Below are positions 38,201-49,954 of a stretch of DNA of 64,000 bases, one piece after another. The DNA is from Botryllus schlosseri (lineage: Eukaryota): assembly GCA_051294905.1 (NCBI GenBank), contig CM119378.1, positions 17,980,001 to 18,044,000 on the forward strand, written 5' to 3'. Both the position numbers and the translations under genes were made by a program. Numbering within the stretch: the stretch's first letter is position 1; the number at the start of each line of letters is the position of its first letter. Below the pieces are notes generated by a model, which saw only the letters and a list, made by a program, of their open reading frames with translations, was not told the origin of the DNA and did not search any database.

Positions 38201-41200
38201 CAAATATACTGGTACAGACAAGCACGAATGATATCGCACAGACATAACCCCTCGTCAAATCTGTCTTCAAACCATTCTGGAAACATAGGGTACTATGATT
38301 GATTGATGCTGTAAACGCCCTATTATGTCTGTTGCGCTGTACACTACGTTGACGGTTTAACGCATAATGTATGTGGTACCGGGTAGCATTTTCAGTAAAA
38401 ACTCATGTTTTGCGATGAATATTTCATTAGAAGCTGTCTTATGCAAACGTCATGGCCGAATCGTACCCCTATCTGATTGTCTGAGGTCATTTTTGAAATT
38501 AGTTATAGTAGCCTGCCAAAAATGGTTTGCCCAGATGGTGAACTTGCAAGGCCTACCAAAAATTTAATTAGTTTGGCCGCAACACTTGGGGATGTTGATG
38601 ACTAAAATATCAGTTCCGACGCATTGGCAGATCCATGGGCCAGTCACATTTTGGTACATCTTCGTACATTACAACCTGCGAGAAGGTTCTGACTGGCTCG
38701 CGAAGTAATTCTGGAAATTAGCCATTGTAGTAACGTGACTACAGTTATAATATCGAAAAATAAATTACTCAGGTAATTTATGGTGAACTTGCAGAGCCAG
38801 CCAAAAGTTTGACTAGCCTGACCGCAAAATTTGGGACATTGATGACTAAAATATCAGCTCCAACGTATTGGCGTAGCCAGGGTCCAGCCAGAAAGCTAGT
38901 CGGTGACAAAACCTTAGCACAAGATGATAGACGCCTGTTTGCCGAAATCTTCGATGTTGATATGTCCAAGCGCTGAATAATCTTGTCCTTGCCAAATTGG
39001 ACCAGCGGTATACCGAGGCGACCCGCAATATATGCCAGTAACATTGTTTTTGACCGAACTCATTTTTCATTAACTTTGAAAAAATTTGGCGCTTTGCGCG
39101 ACTAGGAGATGGATGCACACTGCACACAGAGTTTTCATGTCATATTGTGATCGATTCTGATTCGTAATAATGTAAATCTTGTTTTCACCGTTACCTAATC
39201 CGGGTCGCTCCTATCGGATGACTAAAGAAAGGTCATCCACATTAAAGTGACCCGTGCAATGGTTCGGAAATCTCATGTGGCCCTTGGGCTGAAAAGATTG
39301 GCCACCCCTGATCTAAAGCAAAAATATTCTTCACCCTTCGCGCAATATGTTGTCACTCGATTTCTTACTTTTCATATTGTTACCCCCTCCTGAAGATGAA
39401 AAAAACGCCTAATTGAGTCTAACTATATTCGCAATTGCGAGAGAAAGTGTAGTCCAACATGCGACCTTACGTTTGCGCTCGCAGAAAGACCGGCGACGAT
39501 GAAACCAAGGCGCAAAATGGTTGACGCATGCTGGCCGAAGCTTTCGATATCGATATGTCCAGGCCCCGAATAGTCCTGTCCTTGCAAATTGAGCCCAGGG
39601 ATATACAGCAGACCCACATATACTCTTGAAAGTAACAATATTATTGACCTATAAACTTCGAAGAATTTTCGTGCTTAGCGCGGCTAGTAGCCCGCGCAAT
39701 GGTTCGTAAATTGCGTGTGGCCCTTCGACCAAAAAGGTTGGCCATACCGGCCGTAGTGTATAGTGTCGTGGATTTCAAAATATCTAATCAGTGCAGCCAA
39801 AACTATATTGTACACAGCATCTTATTCATTGCCGTTTCAAAAATGATTGCTGTCGTGGTATTGTGTGAGAATATTTTGTCACTCTTCAAATTCCTGATCT
39901 CATTGGTCACAGTCATAAGAAGAGTTTGAGTATTGTACACTTTTTCTTTCTAAAAGTCTAAAGCAGTGGTTATTAGGCTTTACCAACCTGGCGAACCCTA
40001 ACGTTAATCTACAAGCTTTCAGCGAACCCCACATTTTCGCCAATCCACAAAAATAATAACAACCAGTTCACCACATTATACATCTAAAACGCTACTTAGC
40101 CTATCGAATACTAGTACACAAAACAACTGCACATTAACAACAGTGTTAAAAGAAGAAACCGTTGAAACAAAATAAAAGATTTATATACCTAATCAATATT
40201 TTTGGCAAATCAGTGTAACTTCTGCTGTGTAAGTCGAGTGTGTGTCTTGACCTGCAGCGAATCCCTGGAGTTATGTGAACTCTCTTTAAGAACCACTGGT
40301 CTAAAGACTTGTGACTCTCATACAACTGTGGCCACGCGGCCGCCCTGCCAACAATGAACACCATATTAACTTTGTTTTGAAAGTGTCATGTTTGAATTCT
40401 AATGAGTTGCCATTCTTTGCAGGCCCTTCAGTCGCGAAATGCTGGCACGTGGGTTCGCAGTTGTCGTGGTCGGCTTCCCCGCCACCCCGCTTGTCGAGTC
40501 GCGGGCTCGTTTCTGCATATCGGCAGCGCACACCGAGCAGCAATTGCAAGATGTGAGTGTTGTGAATTGATATATTTTCGACCCGTACATTACGAGTGTA
40601 TGTTACCAGCCTGTGGATGGATTCGCAACACCCGGCTGCATGGTTGTAGGCCCAGATACGGTTAGAAATCAGCATTGCTGCGAATGACCGATGCACCCCG
40701 ATAGGTCATTGTTACGGCCATTATATTGCGGCGTGCCAATTGTTCAGGACAATATGCTGAAATGCTGATATGGACTGTTGCACTACTGGCAATACTCTCA
40801 TTCAAGACCTGTTGTAATATATTTTGCGCTCAGGCCGCAAGTTGTAGGATCACCATATCGGTATTTGTTTACAAAGCTACGGGAAATTGCTAGGCTGCTC
40901 AACCTTGCAGTCACGTATTTCGCATTTATCCCTAGTTTATTATCTAGATTCTAGGCCTATAGTAAGAGAGGCTAATATTAGCATTGACTATGATTCTCAA
41001 TATCTCAAAAACAATGAAAATCACCTCAAATGGCTTTGAGTTGGTTGCTTTGTGACAGTATAATCTGTAGATTGGTCATGTCCCATAAGAGGGCGTTGAA
41101 GCAGAATAGCGAATATTTCTGTGAGTTTCCAAGTCTGTTTTTTGCCTAAATCTGTGAGTTGCCTGATCGGTGAGATGGTTTTAATGCTGAAAGTTAATTA

Positions 41201-41400
41201 ATGCATCAATTGCTCTGTTCTGACATTATTATTATCTTCATTCTGACGGATTTTAATCCTCTCGAGGGCTGCCTACTGAAACGTCCTGTGTTATCTTGCA
41301 ATTCAGCAGTCACTGTATGATTCTTTTTCAGACCCTTGACGCAATCAACGAAATTGGTGATGTGTTGAAGTTGAAATACTCCAAATCCAAGATTTCGTAA
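20114..41400 (+). CDS. SPTLC2: Serine palmitoyltransferase LCB2 subunit (SPTLC2/3-like), 11 coding exons, 529 aa
   Basis: Exons join in frame to 1590 nt with GT-AG introns; motifs [31 protein letters not shown]-lysine motif [26 protein letters not shown]. Confidence 0.95.
20782..20955 (+). CDS. SPTLC2: SPTLC2 exon 2
   Basis: atag|aag; EEFESTP...[14 protein letters not shown]; aaa|gtaagc. Confidence 0.9.
21483..21637 (+). CDS. SPTLC2: SPTLC2 exon 3
   Basis: ccag|gat; [35 protein letters not shown]; gc|gtaagt. Confidence 0.93.
23039..24753. mobile_element. Charlie-like hAT MITE with nested insertion (SPTLC2 intron 3)
   Basis: TIR cagtggttctc; TSD gtctaagg (23031-23038, 24754-24761). Confidence 0.88.
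23153..24138. mobile_element. Nested decayed hAT MITE
   Basis: Left end cacggtggccaacc; right end degenerate; near-TSD tactagag / taccagag; contains a fragment of the 12627/45382 family near 23630-23712. Confidence 0.55.
26097..27047. mobile_element. Charlie-like hAT MITE, middle level
   Basis: TIR cagtggttccca / tgggaaccactg; TSD aaataagt. Confidence 0.9.
26412..26713. mobile_element. Charlie-like hAT MITE, inner level
   Basis: TIR cagcggttctcaaac / gtttgagaaccactg; TSD cactagct. Confidence 0.9.
29223..29371 (+). CDS. SPTLC2: SPTLC2 exon 4
   Basis: gcag|tca; [17 protein letters not shown]; atgg|gtgtgt. Confidence 0.93.
29499..30726. mobile_element. TIR element, 24-bp TIRs, superfamily uncertain (SPTLC2 intron 4)
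   Basis: ccctaaaccgcggtaactttggac / gtccaaagttaccccggtttacgg; the TIR core gtccaaagttaccc is repeated subterminally; no clear TSD. Confidence 0.7.
32091..32271 (+). CDS. SPTLC2: SPTLC2 exon 5
   Basis: tcag|gt; [33 protein letters not shown]; cag|gtactt. Confidence 0.93.
32327..32470 (+). CDS. SPTLC2: SPTLC2 exon 6
   Basis: Follows a 55-nt intron; [12 protein letters not shown]...[13 protein letters not shown]; cag|gtagga. Confidence 0.93.
32634..33210. mobile_element. Old Charlie-like MITE
   Basis: Ends cggtggttcttaacc / ggttgagaaccactg; right end resembles the 23039 left end inverted; TSD decayed. Confidence 0.65.
33991..34210 (+). CDS. SPTLC2: SPTLC2 exon 7
   Basis: tcag|c; MEGSIV...YLDEAHSIG...[16 protein letters not shown]; aag|gtggga. 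Confidence 0.95.
34291..34965. mobile_element. Old Charlie-like MITE
   Basis: Ends tagtgattcccgaactg / cagtttggatatcactg; near-TSD ttgtaatc / ttttaatc. Confidence 0.65.
35888..35965 (+). CDS. SPTLC2: SPTLC2 exon 8
   Basis: gcag|gac; [26 protein letters not shown]; cag|gtctgt. Confidence 0.88.
36345..36520 (+). CDS. SPTLC2: SPTLC2 exon 9
   Basis: acag|ata; [23 protein letters not shown]; cgg|gtgagt. Confidence 0.92.
36574..38162 (+). mobile_element. hAT deletion derivative with transposase remnants (SPTLC2 intron 9)
   Basis: 20-bp perfect TIR caggcctgtttatttttgga; TSD gtgatggg; fragments [38 protein letters not shown], and dimerisation-like [15 protein letters not shown]....[13 protein letters not shown]. 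Confidence 0.88.
39964..40298. mobile_element. Charlie-like MITE
   Basis: Ends cagtggtt / aaccactg; perfect TSD gtctaaag. Confidence 0.85.
40423..40552 (+). CDS. SPTLC2: SPTLC2 exon 10
   Basis: gcag|g; [24 protein letters not shown]; gat|gtgagt. Confidence 0.93.
41332..41400 (+). CDS. SPTLC2: SPTLC2 exon 11 (terminal)
   Basis: ttcag|acc; [22 protein letters not shown]. Confidence 0.88.
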   Translation, partial: TLDAINEIGDVLKLKYSKSKIS

Positions 41401-43053
41401 GCACCGGTACCCTTTCGGAGCTCAGTTTCTATTTGCGTGTAACTTTGATTCTTTCTACCATGCACTATTCATTTCTATTTCATTCTGCTCGAGAGAGATG
41501 CGCCGTTTCATGTGCAGCCCTGACATTATGACCTCGTGTTCCTACTTTTTGACGGTCACCAACAAAAGGTCTATGTATCTAGTTCATGTTTCAATAGTTC
41601 GCAAGATATTTGCGAGCTAATATGCAACGCTATGTTTGTAGGGCAGGTATTATGTTTCATGTGTCGATTTGGTGTCAATTTGTTGTTCCATATTTGACAA
41701 TGATAGAACACTGACATTTCAACTCTATTTTTAGTACGGGATTGGGGCATGTGATTAACATTTCTTTTCATTATTCGGCCAAACCAATTATCAGTCTCGC
41801 GGTTATCTTCTTTCGGAATGATTCTCGTAATTATTAGAAATCGAAACTAAGACCCACAATGTTGGAAATTGTACTATGAAATATGAGTTCCTAAACTTCA
41901 TTTTGTTGTTACGCCAACCCTGATGAATTCTCGGAAATGTAGCCTATTCAAGCAACTCTCAATGCTTGTACTGAATGCGTTTTTTGAATCTTGGATATTA
42001 GCCTTTAATACAAACAATCTTGCAATATTCCGGATATTCCCTCGTGATTCCCTCCATTATTTAATGAACTAAAATGTTAAACAGATGCACAAGGTAATAG
42101 GCGTAATATGAGATATTTTTTTCGTTCTTTGTGCACCATCCGTTTGTTTTGTTGTATTGAACTAATTGATTCATGTATGAAAACTGAACATAACCTCACT
42201 AGTCATTATTTTTTCTCTATTTATAGAAAGACACATCGTGAAAAGTCAATACCCATCCACCGGTCTGTTATGATGCATTAACAATACACACCATTTTCAG
42301 TGACATTCACAATATTTGCAATGGGTTTGTCAATGATCATTTTGTGGAGATTTGAAGTTATTGAACTAAATTCTCATTTAGTATCGAAGTTATTGCACCT
42401 AAATTTTTATACATGTCAGATGTTACATCTTTGTGCCAATTTTCTTGATGCAATTTGCGAGCTGGTCCTACTCCTAATACTTCTCCCTATTGCTATCACC
42501 GCTCTAGGGTTGAAGCAATCGAATGTAAAGCCTTCATTTATCTACACCGCCTTTGAAACAGCGAAATTTTTGCTTCATCATATAAATTTGGTACGGTATT
42601 TCGTATTTGGTTAGACGCCTTGCTCCCATTATGGTTAATTCGAATGTACTTAATCTATACTTGCATGTGCAGTATAACCATGGGAAAAATATCATCCCAA
42701 AATAAATTGGAGTATTCAAGTTGTATGGCATATGAAGGCTACATTGTGATGATGCCGTGCAGTTACTCCAAAATGGAGAATGAATGCCAAAGTAAAAAAT
42801 TAATGCTGACTGGACTTCCCCAAGTTCCAAATACTCTTATGGCCTTGTTTGGATGGTGTTTTGACTGGTGGAACTGAAATTACTAATTAACAATTCGTTC
42901 CACAGCACGCTATTACGAACCCTCGCTCTCTTTTGAACTATCCAATTGTCACATAAAGAATATTTTCAAAGCTTATGATACATTTTTTTCTTTGACCCGT
43001 CCTAGTCCGTCCAGTTTTGATATTAAAAATGTATGAAAATGGTATTTTCTTTT

Positions 43054-43880
43054 TTATCGATCGTGTCTTGGTAGGCCTAGCTTCAAATTATTGATACAGC
43101 ACGTAAGACGATATCGGTAAAAGCACCCGTTTGTATTCACTTGCAGCCTGTTGGAAAATATTGCAGCCCGTGTGCCTATCTCGTAGAGACCCATTCGAGA
43201 TTTGTAAATGTTATTACCTAACAAGTGTACAAATCCAGATGATATTCGAGAATAGTAGTCACCCTTTGAAATGATACATTGTGCTTTTGATTTTACATGA
43301 TACTCGTGTGATGCTCTCATGGTACGAGATATGTTTTTGTACGTCTCGTGGCAGTGGAGGGTTTTGCAATTTGTATGTGATATGCACGTCAACAAAGATT
43401 CTATGATTCTACGAGGGTTGATGCTTGTCATGCCTGACATTCTTGTGAATGCACGAGCGATGACGCCCGTTTCAAGTGTTTTGTAGTTGAGTTGCAATGG
43501 TATTTAGCGAGATGCTGACATTGTAGTCTTGTCCAGCAGTGATAATTTGTGATTTCTGGGCATCAAAATAGCAATGATGTGACAGTAAGAAGTTTTATAT
43601 CATTGTTAAAGTGGCCGAATGCTGTGAACTCCTCGTCGGTAAGAAAGCAGTCACTACAGTTCCAAACTTCTAATGTTGAAGTCCAAGCTTTTGGTTTGTA
43701 CTCTTGCACCCTTATTTAGGGCATACGAATGTTTGACTCTTTGTGTTGTTGTTTAAACCTTGTGTCAGATGTACATTCATTGGTGATCATTTTTGCATTT
43801 GTCACAAATGATGTAGATTTAAATTTTTGTTGCTCATTGCGTGAGGCTCTGTGTGATTCTGTCACCATTTGATAGTGCCT
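43054..43880 (-). pseudogene. Possible decayed tyrosine-recombinase (Crypton-like) remnant
   Basis: Long semi-open minus frames: TNAKMITN..., IRVQEYKPK (HKT-like), LTDEEF, SINPRRIIES, MRASHEYHV. Catalytic positions mostly altered; resemblance judged by eye only. Confidence 0.3.
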
Positions 43881-44582
43881 GTATATATATATATATAATG
43901 TATAATTTTTGATATCAGAAGATTTTTTTTCAAAAATAATTTGCAGTCGCAGGGTCATGATGATAATGTCAACTTGTTATTGATTGCTGTTTACGTAATG
44001 CATTTGTAATACTGTGTTGATTAACATGATCGTAAATCTACTCCGTTTATATCGTACTAAACTTGTAAATGATGTGCATAATTATCATGCCTGTTATCTC
44101 TTCCTGCGTCATGCAGTGGTAGGTAAGGTTTGTTAAAATGCATTGAGGTGGCGTTACATTTGTAGCAATTCGGGCGTAGGCTAGTTCTATCGAACGGTCA
44201 GAGAGGATGGCTACAATCCTCTAGGCTCAACTGAATCAAGAGACTTGAGTTTTTGACGGTTATATTTCAATGAAGCAGGCACAATTATATGCAGCAGCCA
44301 AGTGCAAATTGAGAGCAGCGTAATACTTCAACGGTTTCCAGCCAACGCAAGGGTGTGTTGTGATGGAATATCCAGAGTCATAACGTGATATTTCACCTCG
44401 TGTTTTGGGCAGACATGGGCAAAGCACGGCCTGCGTAAAGTTGCTTGGAATTCAAAGTATAAAATCTTCTTTTGAATGGTACTGTGTGGACTAAAGCGAT
44501 AGGCTGTATAAACTGAACTGGAAATTAATTTACTTTGAAGTTTTGAGTTGCTGCAAAAGAGGAAATCGTTTTCCGTATAGTG

Positions 44583-44907
44583 TAGGGGTAGCCTACTCCA
44601 AACGGAGGTCGCGGGCCACAAATTTCAAACATCATTTTATTTTGATCTATGAGCTGCGCACGATTCCTGCGACATCGCTTTTCATAGACTATAATGAATT
44701 GATATTGGGGCTAGCAGCTGTATATAAGAAATCTATCTCAGAAGTAGTGTTAAAAACATGCATCTTGATGGGTCTCGTCTGTGGGCGAAGATTTCAGATT
44801 AAAAATAAAATCAATAAGCTGGAAAATACAGCTACAATTTCTCGGCCCGCCAAAAACATATTTTATGCTTCTCATTTGGCCCGCGGAAAAAATAATTCCC
44901 ACCCCTG
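44583..44907. mobile_element. Old Charlie/MER1-like MITE
   Basis: Ends taggggt / acccctg; internal gcgggcc / ggcccgc; degenerate TSD with central TA. Confidence 0.5.
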
Positions 44908-45381
44908 GATTAGGGTGTAGCGTACTGTATAACTTTTTATGGGGTGATGTCGGGAGCAAGTATAGAAACCAGTTTTACACTCTACTCTATATGAATGTCG
45001 CAATAGTCCGACACCGAATACATTGTTCGGGCTGGCCTCAACCATTAAGGCGTAAGTTTATAGTCGCTCGCAAGTCCTCGTCGAAATTGTTGGCAAAAAG
45101 TGACGGAAGATATTGATTTGATGGGAATATTATATCATTAGACTGCTTCATTAATCGTAATTAGATTTAGGGTTAATTTTGAAGGCCCACAACACTTACC
45201 ATGAAGTTTTACCGCTCCCTGAGGTCAAAAAGGTTGCGTATCACTGTATACCACAGTCACATACTCTCTAATGACACCGTTCAGATTAAACCCGGGGTCT
45301 TGATCCTTTTTTGCCATTCACGACCGCATATAGCGTACGACGCGGTGGCATTCCAGCTGATAGTCGTAATGGACCATATGG

Positions 45382-45788
45382 TAGGGTTACCATACGTCTT
45401 CATTTAGGAGTATTTGTCCTCCTTTTTCGGGTTTTTGAAAATGTCCTCCGAGGACGCCTAAATATCCTCCCTTTTGAGATTTTGTCCTCATTCTTAGGGA
45501 TTTCGACCAAATTTATAGCAAAATTCGACTGAGATGCCGTAAATCAGTGAAGTGACGCTCCTGCGGGTATTTCGGGAGCTGACCGAAAGTTGACCTTTTT
45601 TTGTAGTCAACCACCCGACAATGTGAAGGTAAAAACACCGAACGAGTAGGATGACCTTTTTTTTTAGTCAACCGACTACGAAAAGTGGTAGAAATTTACC
45701 ACTTTTTCAGGATTTTCCACCGGTATTCTGTGTTTGTCAATTTTGAAAAAGTGTCCTCCTTTCCTGATTCCAAAATATGGTAACCCTA
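45382..45788. mobile_element. hAT-type MITE
   Basis: 13-bp TIR tagggttaccata; perfect TSD ccatatgg; same family as 12627-13081. Confidence 0.92.
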
Positions 45789-46795
45789 CCATATGGACAC
45801 CGAATATCCGTTTTAAATTGACTACTGGGAAACTGGGAACTTAGTATCGCGTACAGGGGGTACAGCCATTGCAGTTTTGTGACATCACCGTATTCTTGCG
45901 ATTTGCGAACTCCCCCTCTCTAGGGCACTCCCGCGACAACTTTCTTTGGCGTCGGTATTTCTGAGCGTCATCATTTCTCTCCTTTTTAGATAGATTGTCC
46001 GAGGCATCGTTTCAAATAATGCAAGACTTCAAAGAATTCTGTACATTTTCGTCAGCTACTAAAAATTGCAGATATACTATATCTCATATAAAAGTCCATA
46101 AGTGGGCCGTGCTACAAATCGGCAGCTACGGAATAAAAATGAAGAAAATTGGCCTGATATGGTGTAAATGGCCAATGCCATAGTAGTCGACAAACACCAT
46201 GAATTCACTGGCCACAACAACATCATCATATAGAATAATTCAAATTGTCACAGACATGGCTCACAAAGCAGATCAATTATAACGGCAAAACGTGAAAGTA
46301 AATTCACACCAACAATATAGGACCACAAACTGTTGGGAAAGCACCTTAAGAAATATAAAACTAACAGAGCTCATAGCTGTAGGTTCCATGTTAATAGTGA
46401 TCAATCCCAGATACAGGTATAGAAACATCACTTCGTCGGCCAAAACGTCGTTCTTGGACCCCCGTCACCAAAACTTACACGGCGAGGCAGCCCAATTCAT
46501 CAGACGGGTCATTTCAACACTATACCCTTTCTGCATAACATTCAGGAACCTCATTATCTGTAGCGAACCAAGTCCGGTATAGATTACGCTAATCTCGAAA
46601 GCGCGGGAACAGGTAACGGTGAACTCCATACTCATCTAATTATTAATATCGGCTTACTATACACACACAAGTCGCGAGTATTATAGTTATGACAAGTTAC
46701 TGGGATTTGTCAGTTAACATTTTAATCAGAACAAGACACACTAAATGTTGGCTGAAATGCGATGTAATGAACAGATAGTAAGCCGAAACGTGGCG

Positions 46796-46950
46796 AGATA
46801 GCGTAGTGGTATATATCCACAGCTGCAACAGGAATGGGTTGTGGATTCGAGTCCGACCGAGGTCGACTCCAGAATTCCTGCTTAAGTGTCGGAGGTCTAT
46901 CTAGGCTCCTCCACTCCGCGTTATCCGATCCACGTAAGTGGTGTCCTTAG
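46796..46950 (+). mobile_element. tRNA-derived SINE head (third variant)
   Basis: agatagcgtagtggta (A box) ... ggattcgagtcc (B box-like); does not close a cloverleaf. Confidence 0.55.
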
Positions 46951-47044
46951 AAAAGTCTAGAAGTGGGCCGTGCTACAAGTCGGTAAATACGGAATATAAA
47001 ATAAAGAGTATCGGCCTGAAGTAAAATGACCAATGTAGTCGAGG

Positions 47045-47915
47045 AGGGTTGGTGCGATGACATGCAAAATAAGGTCAGTCACATGCAAAATAAGGTCAGT
47101 GGCGACATGCAAAATAAGGTCAGTCACATGCAAAATAAGGTCAGTCACATGCAAAATAAGGTCAGTGGCGACATGCAGAATAAGGTCAGTCACATGCAAA
47201 ATAAGGTCAGTCACATGCAAAATAAGGTCAGTCACATGCAAAATAAGGTCAGTGACGACATGCAAAATAAGGTCAGTCACATGCAGAATAAGGTCAGTCA
47301 CATGCAAAATAAGGTCAGTCGCTAGCAAAATAATATATAAGGTTTTGAATTAAATATTTGGATTTATACACGGACTGTTAATATTCTAGATGCGACCAAT
47401 CACCTCGTAATGGTAATAATCGTCTGATTATATTTTGTTGAAACATCTTCAGCTTTAGGATATAGATAAGGAATCTCGGACATGAAATTGCTATATAGGA
47501 AATATATTTTAAATTTATTTTTGATAAGAGAAAGAGTTGGATTTGTAATTGAAATATGGATTTGGATTTATGCGCGGACTGATAATAATATTCTTCATGC
47601 GACTGACTTTCATAATCGAAATAATCATGATTATCTTTTGATTGAAACATCTTAAGACTTAGGATATAGATAAGGAATTTTACTGTTGAAAGTATAGGCT
47701 ACTATATGCAGGAAAGATATTTTGAATTTCGTTTTCATAAGAAAAAGATTTGGATTTGGAATTGAAGTATAGATTTGGATTTATGTGCGGACTGACCTTA
47801 TTTTGCATGTCGCGACTGACCTTATTTTGCATGTGACTGACCTTATTTTGCATGTCGCGACTGACCTTATTTTGCATGTTTTTGACCTTATTTTGCATGT
47901 CATCGCACCAACCCT
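47045..47915. mobile_element. MITE with tandemly amplified 21/24-bp subterminal repeats
   Basis: TIR agggttggtgcgatgacatgcaaaataaggtca and its reverse complement; unit gtcacatgcaaaataaggtca about 13 copies on the left and about 4 inverted on the right. Confidence 0.8.
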
Positions 47916-47959
47916 GTAGATGTAGTCGGATCGCCATGAATATCAAACAACAGACCGAA

Positions 47960-48160
47960 CGACCCAGTTGCGGTCTTTTAGACTGGCATCCACGTCGACC
48001 ATCCACAGTTCTTTTTTTAATCTCTATTCCACGGCTCTTTCTTGCTCAATCCATTCTTCCTTGTGAGTGCGTTCTTTCATCGGGTATTTTTCTGGGCGTT
48101 TTTGTCGCCGTAGAAGTAAGAACAGCGACGCAAGGGACGAGGAGCCCAGATAACCCCCTG
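47960..48160 (-). mobile_element. SINE family B body fragment
   Basis: Similar to 14545-14690 (tctttc.tcggg..ttttctggg..tttt.gtcgccgta...gagcccagataa). Confidence 0.55.
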
Positions 48161-48387
48161 ACCAATTCGTATTGGATCAATTTCAATCTAATTTGGGAAA
48201 GAATGTGTTTCTCTTAATCTGATTCTAATATAATTTGGAAAGCCACGCTTTGGCGCGAGCCCGCTATCATCGGGTGATGGCGACAGGGGCCTCTTAACCG
48301 CTTAGTCTTTCGCCTGGCGGGCATCTTCTCGACTTCGGAGTCGGAGCCACTTGGTGGCGATCTCTGAATCCGAGTACGGGAATCTGA

Positions 48388-48809
48388 CAGAGATGAGCAT
48401 GGATTAGGACTAGGTTTTGAAAAAACAGGATTTGTGAAATTTTGTCGGATTTGGATTGGATTTGGATTAGACATTTTTTTTCAGAATGGATTAGGATTTG
48501 GATTGGATTGACCGATTTTCTGGGAGATTGAAATGTCGTGTGGCGAATGGCGACAAACTTTATTCAGATAAGTTATTAAAGTACTTATGGTTACTAAGTT
48601 ATCTTGAATCAAGTGAATCGTTGGTTGTGACAGAAAATTTTCTAATCCCTCCATTGCATAAATTAGTATTTTTTCTGAATTTCCAGTTGGAATCGGATTA
48701 GGATTGGACATGGACTTCAATATGAAAAAGTTATGGATTAGAATTTGGATTTGGAGGTTCGGATTTGGATTGGATTAGGACAAAGAAATTTCAAATCCGC
48801 TCATCTCTG
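48388..48809. mobile_element. hAT-type MITE (GGATT-rich)
   Basis: TIR cagagatgagc; TSD gaatctga; empty site at about 56820. Confidence 0.93.
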
Positions 48810-49279
48810 GAATCTGAACAGAGTATTCATTCGTTTGGAGCACTTAAATTACAGTCTAGTTGGCAGTAAGTGCTTTTTGGCGGTACATATCTTCAAGATA
48901 CAATTGAAAAGTATATTCATATTGAAATGAACGTGAATATTTTCGGCTGACACTCATTTCCTATCTAATACCGAATACTGTGCACGCATATTTTCTGTAC
49001 CACCATCACTGCCGTTTGTTATGTATTTTGGTTCGATGAAAATAAAGACTCTCTCTCTCTCTCTCTCAAGGGTAATCGTCAGCAACTAGTAGAGAATTGG
49101 TAAGAACACTGTATATCAACAATCATATCACAAAACATGACGTCACCAGCATGAAATGTCGAATACGAGAGCGTTCAATGTACTAATGTACTACTCCTTT
49201 TGTTGACACAGCCTTGGTTGGTGCATTTGATGAAAGTCGACTCTAAGGCACACAAATGAATGTGAAACCGTGAAAGTGT

Positions 49280-49909
49280 GTAAATGTGTAACCGTGTAAA
49301 TACAGTCCATCCTCAAGATTACCGGACCACGACTGACCTATCGATCTCGCTTCCCAAGACATGCCGCCCTATTTCTTGTCGCTTTCTTTTTCTATACCAT
49401 CTTCTTTACTTCATTCAGTGTGCATGCCTCCTCTTTACATCGCCTAGGCCAAGGTGGGTGTCAGATTCCATAGACAACCTAGTCGCTTCGACATCTTCCT
49501 TTCTTTTATTGTATCGACCAACCAAGATAGCGTAATGGTTAAGCGTCCGGCTTCTTGATCGGTAGGTCGTGGGTTCGATTCCCGGCCGGGTCAGACCAAA
49601 GACCTGATTAGTAACACTGGTATCCATGGCTTCCCTGCTTGGCGCTCATGCATTACTGGGATAGCATGGAGGGGTGGTGCATGACTTAGAAAGTCGTAAA
49701 GGCTATATCTGCACTTCCTTGTCCAGCGGCATATGCACATCATGCACTCATGGTATGCATATGCGCAGATCGTGTGTATGTATATCATGAGTCGGTGTAT
49801 ATGCCGCAAAAACATCAAGGACAAAAATAAACTACGTCCGTCCGTCCTATCGCATTTTTTGTGGTGTATTGAACTGATAAAATTGCTAATAAACCAATGA
49901 TGAATGATG
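49280..49909 (+). mobile_element. 3' fragment of the same L2/CR1-type LINE
   Basis: Matches 9425-9553 plus 12391-12518; atga tail; TSD about aagtgt; absent from copy 2 at about 57195. Confidence 0.9.
49517..49847 (+). mobile_element. Full-length tRNA-derived SINE (family A) inside the LINE tail
   Basis: A box tagcgtaatgg, B box ggttcgattcc, (gtcc)n tail, 5-bp TSD tatcg; empty site ttgtatcgcattt at about 12452. Confidence 0.9.
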
Positions 49910-49954
49910 AAGTGTTACTAATGTCGAGATACCAACAAGCAATACACCGGTATC

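Noticed and set aside
38550-39770. Diverged internal duplications and ORFs in SPTLC2 intron 9
   Set aside because: The paired segments do not keep a common reading frame and end in Charlie-like MITE termini; most likely old TE debris.
41920-41945. CTGATGA...GAAA hammerhead-like string (also ctgatga at 50567 and 56327)
   Set aside because: No stem I or III pairing at 41920; no GAAA core after the other two.
42300-42877. Hydrophobic plus-strand ORFs suggesting a membrane protein
   Set aside because: Non-ATG starts, no splice-consistent chain and no family motif; expected by chance in T-rich DNA.
46957-47353. Repeat ORFs (VTDLILH, MQNKVSH) and CRISPR-like look
   Set aside because: Direct tandem units with no unique spacers and no cas genes; they lie in a MITE arm in eukaryotic DNA.
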